Shown here: positions 50,317 to 54,646 of the stretch, in pieces
Layout: every line of letters starts with the position of its first letter
Position numbering within the stretch: position 1 is the first letter of the stretch
Virus record (IMG/VR): IMGVR_UViG_3300045988_087663
Span: 1 to 54,646 of that record
Source: a virus
Reading direction: 5' to 3' (one strand)
DNA: 54,646 nt
Position numbers and translations under genes: made by a program
Notes under the pieces: generated by a model
What the model saw: the letters and a program-made list of their open reading frames with translations, nothing else
Told to the model about the DNA's origin: nothing
Databases searched by the model: none

Positions 50317-50925
50317 ATGACAGATGGAGTATCTTTGGCAGACATTGCCGCAGTTACCGACGATAAAGACGGTATGTTTGGCGGCGCAGGCGGCGGAATG
50401 TGGATTTTCGCTCTTTTAATCCTTTTGCTTATTGGCGGAGGTGGTTTCTTTGGTGGAAACAGAAATGTAAACGGAGAACCTGTTACAGAAGCAGGACTTT
50501 GTAACGCAATGAATTTCAACAACCTGGAAAATGCAGTTGGCAGACTGAATGATAATCTTCAGCATGACTACCAGGGATTACAGAATGGTATCTGTAATTT
50601 AGGTTATGAAACACTTCGTAACTTTAACACAGTTCAGCAACAGGTTGCTGATTGTTGTTGCACAACACAGAGATCGATTGATGGCGTGAACTACAATGGT
50701 GCTATCAATACCGCCGCTATCAACGCCAACACAACGGCACAGACACAGAAGATTCTGGACGCTATGGCACAGAATAAGATCGAGAGCTTGCAGGCACAGG
50801 TAAATCAGCTTCAGCTTCAGTCAGCTATGTGCGGTGTAGTTCGTTACCCAAATGCGACTACTTATACAAGTGGTGTAAGTCCATTTTGGAATCAGTCTTG
50901 TTGCAACAACGGATGTAACATCTAA
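50317..50925 (+). CDS. Gly-rich, Cys-rich single-pass membrane protein
   Basis: GGAGGGMWIFALLILLLIGGGGFFGG TM segment. CCC and CC..C clusters. Coiled QAQVNQLQLQ. Confidence 0.6.
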   Translation: MTDGVSLADIAAVTDDKDGMFGGAGGGMWIFALLILLLIGGGGFFGGNRNVNGEPVTEAGLCNAMNFNNLENAVGRLNDNLQHDYQGLQNGICNLGYETLRNFNTVQQQVADCCCTTQRSIDGVNYNGAINTAAINANTTAQTQKILDAMAQNKIESLQAQVNQLQLQSAMCGVVRYPNATTYTSGVSPFWNQSCCNNGCNI

Positions 50926-50951
50926 GTCATTCAGACAAGGTTTTAAGTATT

Positions 50952-50985
50952 AGAGGAATGCCTTGTCTGGTATTCCTCTTTTTTA
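50952..50985 (+). terminator. Rho-independent terminator with an overlapping alternative hairpin
   Basis: AGAGGAATGCC-TTGTCT-GGTATTCCTCT + T-run. Competing stem CAGACAAGG 50932-50940 / CCTTGTCTG 50961-50969. Confidence 0.7.
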
Positions 50986-51004
50986 TTAGAAAGGAGATAA
51001 TAAT

Positions 51005-51424
51005 ATGAGTTGTAAATCCGGAATTTATGTGGTTAATACTACAACAGGAACATCTATTGGTATTGGAGGTACTTATGTACCATCTACAGTAATTAGACGA
51101 TATGGAAAATATTGCCAGCTCGGTGGAAATGGTGTATCAATCGGTAATTGTGCCGGGGGAGCTGGTTACTATGATGTAGATGCTTCTGTATCTGTTGCCG
51201 CTACTGCTGTAGGAAATGTGACAGCAACATTATACAAAGATGGAGCACCAGTGCAAGGAGCTACAGCCAGTGCAACCGCAACAGCAATCGGTGATATTGT
51301 AACACTTCCTATATCCGCACTTGTAAGATTAAACTGCGATTGTGATACTGCTAACCTCACCGTCGTTATTGGTGGTCAGGCGGTAACCTCTCAAAACCTT
51401 GCATTTGTAGTTGAGAAAATTTAA
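51005..51424 (+). CDS. BclA C-terminal / C1q-TNF-like jelly-roll domain protein candidate
   Basis: 139 aa, beta-rich, GYYDVDASVSVAATAVGNVTATLYKDG..VTLPISALVRLNCDC..LTVV pattern as in exosporium BclA-C-like domains. Confidence 0.4.
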   Translation: MSCKSGIYVVNTTTGTSIGIGGTYVPSTVIRRYGKYCQLGGNGVSIGNCAGGAGYYDVDASVSVAATAVGNVTATLYKDGAPVQGATASATATAIGDIVTLPISALVRLNCDCDTANLTVVIGGQAVTSQNLAFVVEKI

Positions 51425-51437
51425 GGAGTTGATTATA

Positions 51438-51737
51438 ATGACCAAAATAAAGAAGTTAGCCGAACATATTATGGAAGAAGTGGAAGGTGCTAAAGAATAT
51501 GCCGAAAAGTATGTTGAATGCAAATCAAAAGGCGATATGCAATGGGCGAATCGTTATAAGGAAATGGCAAATGATGAATTGAAACACGCTGGATATTTGC
51601 ATGATAAGGCTGTGCAGGATATTGAAGAAATTTCCAAGGTTTATAAACCAACAGAAGAAATGGAAGAAAAGTGGGAAAAATGCCATAAGAAATTTGTGGA
51701 AAAAACCGCTTGGATAAAGCAGATGCTTACGCTATAG
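51438..51737 (+). CDS. Ferritin-like four-helix candidate
   Basis: EEVEGAKEYAE ... ANDELKHAGYLHD (E..E / E-x2-H pattern). ATG 51438 lies 9 nt after AAGGAG. Confidence 0.35.
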   Translation: MTKIKKLAEHIMEEVEGAKEYAEKYVECKSKGDMQWANRYKEMANDELKHAGYLHDKAVQDIEEISKVYKPTEEMEEKWEKCHKKFVEKTAWIKQMLTL

Positions 51738-51747
51738 GAGTGATTAT

Positions 51748-52083
51748 ATGACATTTCAAGAAAGCATTCCAATAGCAAAAGAGCTGGCGGAAAATGAATT
51801 GAAAAAGCACTTTGATGTTGATGCATTCTTAATCTTGGCACTTGTAGATAAAATGAATATTGACCTTGTTCCGGAAAGTAATGTTGATGAAACAATAGCT
51901 GATATACAAGGTTTATTCGTTAAATATATGGAACAAAGAAATTCTCAAAATCTGGAGACACTTCTTTCTACCATTTATAAAATGCTTTCCGAACTGTATA
52001 TGACTTGTGACTCAGAAGAAAAGAAAATATTCAAAAAACACTTAGGATCTTTGCAAAATATAGTGAAGCCAAACATCATATAA
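51748..52083 (+). CDS. Hypothetical protein
   Basis: 111-aa ORF. Terminator overlaps its stop. Confidence 0.55.
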   Translation: MTFQESIPIAKELAENELKKHFDVDAFLILALVDKMNIDLVPESNVDETIADIQGLFVKYMEQRNSQNLETLLSTIYKMLSELYMTCDSEEKKIFKKHLGSLQNIVKPNII

Positions 52084-52110
52084 GAGGGAATTATTTCCCT
52101 CTTATTTTTA
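52082..52110 (+). terminator. Rho-independent terminator
   Basis: AAGAGGGAA-TTAT-TTCCCTCTT followed by ATTTTTAT. Confidence 0.75.
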
Positions 52111-52130
52111 TGTAACATACATAAAAACAC

Positions 52131-52159
52131 TTGACAAATATAGTTTTATGTATTACAAT
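52131..52159 (+). promoter_or_regulatory. Promoter, variant cassette (TTGACA-17-TGtATTACAAT)
   Basis: -35 52131-52136, -10 52154-52159. ACATAAAAACAC upstream as at 28776. Confidence 0.8.
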
Positions 52160-52193
52160 ATACATATAGTAAAACAAAGAAAGGATGATTGTT

Positions 52194-52457
52194 ATGACAA
52201 ATACAGCAATTATATTAGGGTATATGCAACTTCATAATATGGACCCGGAGAAAACCATATTACATACATATGCGCAGTGGAAAAAATTAGGGTATCAGGT
52301 CAAAAAGGGAGAAAAATCAAAACATAAAATATCAGTGTGGAAAAGATCCATAAAGAAAGTCAAAAAAGATGATGGAGAAAAAGAAGAAGTGGACACAGGC
52401 AGATATTTCTTGAAAGAATCTGCATTTTTCACACAAGATCAAGTCGAAAAAATTTAA
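52194..52457 (+). CDS. ArdC N-terminal (DUF1738)-like ssDNA-binding domain protein
   Basis: HTYAQWKKLGYQVKKGEKSKHKISVW resembles the ..F..W..LG..VKKGEK.. core. First gene after an early promoter. Confidence 0.4.
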   Translation: MTNTAIILGYMQLHNMDPEKTILHTYAQWKKLGYQVKKGEKSKHKISVWKRSIKKVKKDDGEKEEVDTGRYFLKESAFFTQDQVEKI

Positions 52458-52475
52458 TGATAGGAGGAATATATA

Positions 52476-52787
52476 ATGGTATATTCAGTCACATTACAAA
52501 AAGACATGGAAAAATGGTGGAAATCTTTAGATAATGTTATGACAGTTGCAGAAAGTTTAGATGATATAAAAATAGGCGATTGCACATTTAGACCTTGGGG
52601 AGATAAACATCATTATACTATGAAAACTAAATGCACATCAACTTATTTAAGAACTTTCCAGAGTACGGAACCAGTTGAAAACATAAAAGGAGAAATCGTA
52701 TATCCAATATTAGATGTGTATATTGATATTTGTAAAGGAAGAAAATATACATCTTATAAAAAAGTTAGATGTCATTGTTCTTGTTAA
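52476..52787 (+). CDS. Hypothetical protein
   Basis: 103-aa ORF after TAGGAGG. Confidence 0.55.
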   Translation: MVYSVTLQKDMEKWWKSLDNVMTVAESLDDIKIGDCTFRPWGDKHHYTMKTKCTSTYLRTFQSTEPVENIKGEIVYPILDVYIDICKGRKYTSYKKVRCHCSC

Positions 52788-52803
52788 AAAAGGAGGAAAT
52801 ACA

Positions 52804-54519
52804 ATGATTAGAATACATATCGGAGAGCCTGAAAAGCTCTCCAACAACATTTTAGTAAAAAAGAGTGCTTTTGTATCTTTCGATTATAACCCGGATATTG
52901 TTTCATTTATCAAACAAATGGGAACAAGAGTTTACAATGCAGATAATCATACTTGGGAAATGCCAATAAACAATATCATTTCTCTTTGCAACAAATTTGA
53001 AAATGAAGAAATCAAAATTGATGGTATTTATGAAGATTTGCATAAGCAGGAATTTGAGATAGATATTCCAAAAGACTTTGAATTTAAGACAAAACCATTT
53101 GCACATCAGATTGACGGTGTAAGATTTGGATTAAATAAAAAGAAGTTTCTTTTATGTGATGACCAAGGGCTGGGGAAAACAAAGCAGATTATAGATTTTG
53201 TTGGTTGCCTTGAAAAAACAGATACAATAAATAAAGTGCTTATCGTGTGTGGTGTAAACTCCCTAAAATATAATTGGCAATCAGAAATTAGTATTCATTC
53301 AGACGAAAAAGGATGGGTACTTGGTACAAGGTTTAGAAAGACTACTGGGAAGGCTTATGAAGGTTCAACAAAAGATAAACTTGAAGATTTAGACAATCTC
53401 CCGGATTGCAGATATATTATTACTAATATTGAAACATTAAGAGCAGGAGCTGAAAAGATAAGCAAAAGCAAATATCATTTCCCTATTGCGGAAAAATTAC
53501 AAGAACTTTGCAAAAATGGAACAATATCAGTTATAGCATTTGATGAATGTCATCGCTCAAAAGAACCTACTTCCTTACAGAGTAGAGCAATGATAAATGT
53601 ACAAGCTAAATATATGGTTGCTATGAGTGGTACGCCACTAATGAACAATCCACTTGATTTATATTTCCCTATGAAGTGGTTGGGATATGAGAATCATAGC
53701 TTTTATCAGTTCAAGCAACATTACTGTACATTAGGCGGCTGGGGCGGTTCACAGGTTGTAGGTTATAAGAATTTAGAAGAAATAAGGACAATGATGGATA
53801 ACATTATGCTTAGAAGATTAAAGACAGAAGTCCTTGATTTACCGGAAAAGATTAGAAAGATTGAATATGTTGATATGACTCCAAAGCAGGCACAAATTTA
53901 TAAAGAAGTGTATAATGGAGTTATGTCAGAGTTACAAAAGATTAAATTCTCAAATAACCCACTTTCTATGATGATTAGATTGAGACAAGCTACTGGATGG
54001 ACAGGTATCATATCAAATACAGTGCAAGAATCGGCAAAGATGGAAAGAATGATTGAACTTGTAAATGAGATTGTTGCAAGTGGTCAAAAAGCTATCATTT
54101 TTAGTAATTGGGAATCAATGACAGAAGTTGCAAAAGATAAATTGAAATCACATAATCCAGCTTATATCACGGGAGCAACGAAAGCAGACGAACGAATGAA
54201 AGAGGTTGAAAGATTTCAAAATGATAGTAAATGCAAAGTAATTATAGGAACTATTGGAGCAATGGGAACAGGTCTCACATTAACCGCCGCACAGAATGTT
54301 ATCTTTTTAGACAGCCCTTGGAATATGGCATTAAAAGCACAAGCAGAAGATAGGGCTCACAGAATCGGAACAAAAGGAACAGTGAATATAATCACTCTCG
54401 TTTGCAAAAATACGATTGATGAAAGAATTGAGGAACTGGTCGAAAAGAAAGGACAGATTGCGGATGCGTTAGTTGATGGAAAGATTAGTATTGAGGATAT
54501 CAACTATTTGCTTTCATAA
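52804..54519 (+). CDS. SNF2-family helicase
   Basis: ATG 52804 after AAAGGAGG. DDQGLGKT (I), FDECHRSK (II), SGTPLMN (III), AEDRAHRIGT (VI). Confidence 0.85.
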   Translation: MIRIHIGEPEKLSNNILVKKSAFVSFDYNPDIVSFIKQMGTRVYNADNHTWEMPINNIISLCNKFENEEIKIDGIYEDLHKQEFEIDIPKDFEFKTKPFAHQIDGVRFGLNKKKFLLCDDQGLGKTKQIIDFVGCLEKTDTINKVLIVCGVNSLKYNWQSEISIHSDEKGWVLGTRFRKTTGKAYEGSTKDKLEDLDNLPDCRYIITNIETLRAGAEKISKSKYHFPIAEKLQELCKNGTISVIAFDECHRSKEPTSLQSRAMINVQAKYMVAMSGTPLMNNPLDLYFPMKWLGYENHSFYQFKQHYCTLGGWGGSQVVGYKNLEEIRTMMDNIMLRRLKTEVLDLPEKIRKIEYVDMTPKQAQIYKEVYNGVMSELQKIKFSNNPLSMMIRLRQATGWTGIISNTVQESAKMERMIELVNEIVASGQKAIIFSNWESMTEVAKDKLKSHNPAYITGATKADERMKEVERFQNDSKCKVIIGTIGAMGTGLTLTAAQNVIFLDSPWNMALKAQAEDRAHRIGTKGTVNIITLVCKNTIDERIEELVEKKGQIADALVDGKISIEDINYLLS

Positions 54520-54523
54520 TAAT

Positions 54524-54559
54524 ATTCCAGCACCATTTTAGGTGTTGGAATTTTTTTTT
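54524..54559 (+). terminator. Rho-independent terminator
   Basis: ATTCCAGCACC-ATTTTA-GGTGTTGGAAT followed by T9. The tail is the first bases of the terminal repeat. Confidence 0.8.
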
Positions 54560-54646
54560 GAAAAAGTTTACATAAAACTGTTTACATTTCCATTTTTATG
54601 TGTTACAATATACTTACAAATTAAGAAATACATAAAACAAGATACA
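54550..54646. repeat. Second copy of the 97-nt terminal repeat (contains the promoter equivalent to 32-60)
   Basis: Identical to nt 1-97. Confidence 0.95.

Noticed and set aside
1-54646. CRISPR-like interpretation of the dispersed 45-65-bp repeats
   Set aside because: The copies are kilobases apart at irregular spacing. Each has a -35/-10 architecture and precedes an RBS-led gene. They are promoters, not a repeat-spacer array.

Overview
This window is a complete, circularly closed tailed-phage genome. Nt 1-97 are identical to nt 54550-54646, so the unique length is 54,549 bp. The long tape-measure gene and the lack of a sheath gene suggest a siphovirus-like phage. Promoter style, Shine-Dalgarno sites and several gene families point to a low-GC Gram-positive (Bacillota) host. 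All credible genes (about 95) lie on the + strand. They sit in tightly packed operons, often coupled by ATGA or TAATG overlaps, and are separated by hairpin terminators and a dispersed family of near-identical sigma-A-type promoters (TTGCAT/TTTACA-17-TGtTACAAT).

Modules in order:
- Early genes.
- Replication: wHTH initiator-like protein, DnaC-like loader, DnaB helicase, primase, gp32-like SSB, family A polymerase, two tRNA-like genes.
- DNA modification: CxxCxxCC protein, DpdA-like transglycosylase, YhhQ-type transporter, DUF4406, SNF2-like helicase plus methyltransferase, and a PAPS-reductase-like PP-loop enzyme located elsewhere.
- DnaN-like sliding clamp and a full clamp-loader set.
- Recombination: RAMP-like protein plus Cas4-like nuclease, RuvC-like resolvase, RecA-like recombinase.
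- A sigma factor interrupted by an in-frame TAA and ATGA-coupled to a MazF-like toxin.
- Packaging, head, tail and lysis modules.
- A post-lysis accessory cassette.

No integrase or repressor is recognisable.

The most interesting observations:
1. Five DNA-modifying or nucleotide enzymes, and only those, end in basic-x-Leu-Phe. This resembles a clamp-binding tail, in a genome whose only polymerase is family A. I propose a clamp-tethered DNA modification system.
2. A salvage-only 7-deazaguanine (DpdA/YhhQ) module with two undescribed partner proteins.
3. A RAMP-like/Cas4-like gene pair behind a highly structured non-coding region.
4. In-frame TAA codons in the sigma-MazF operon, together with an aberrant tRNA-Gln(UUG).

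All family assignments are by eye from motifs. No database search was possible.
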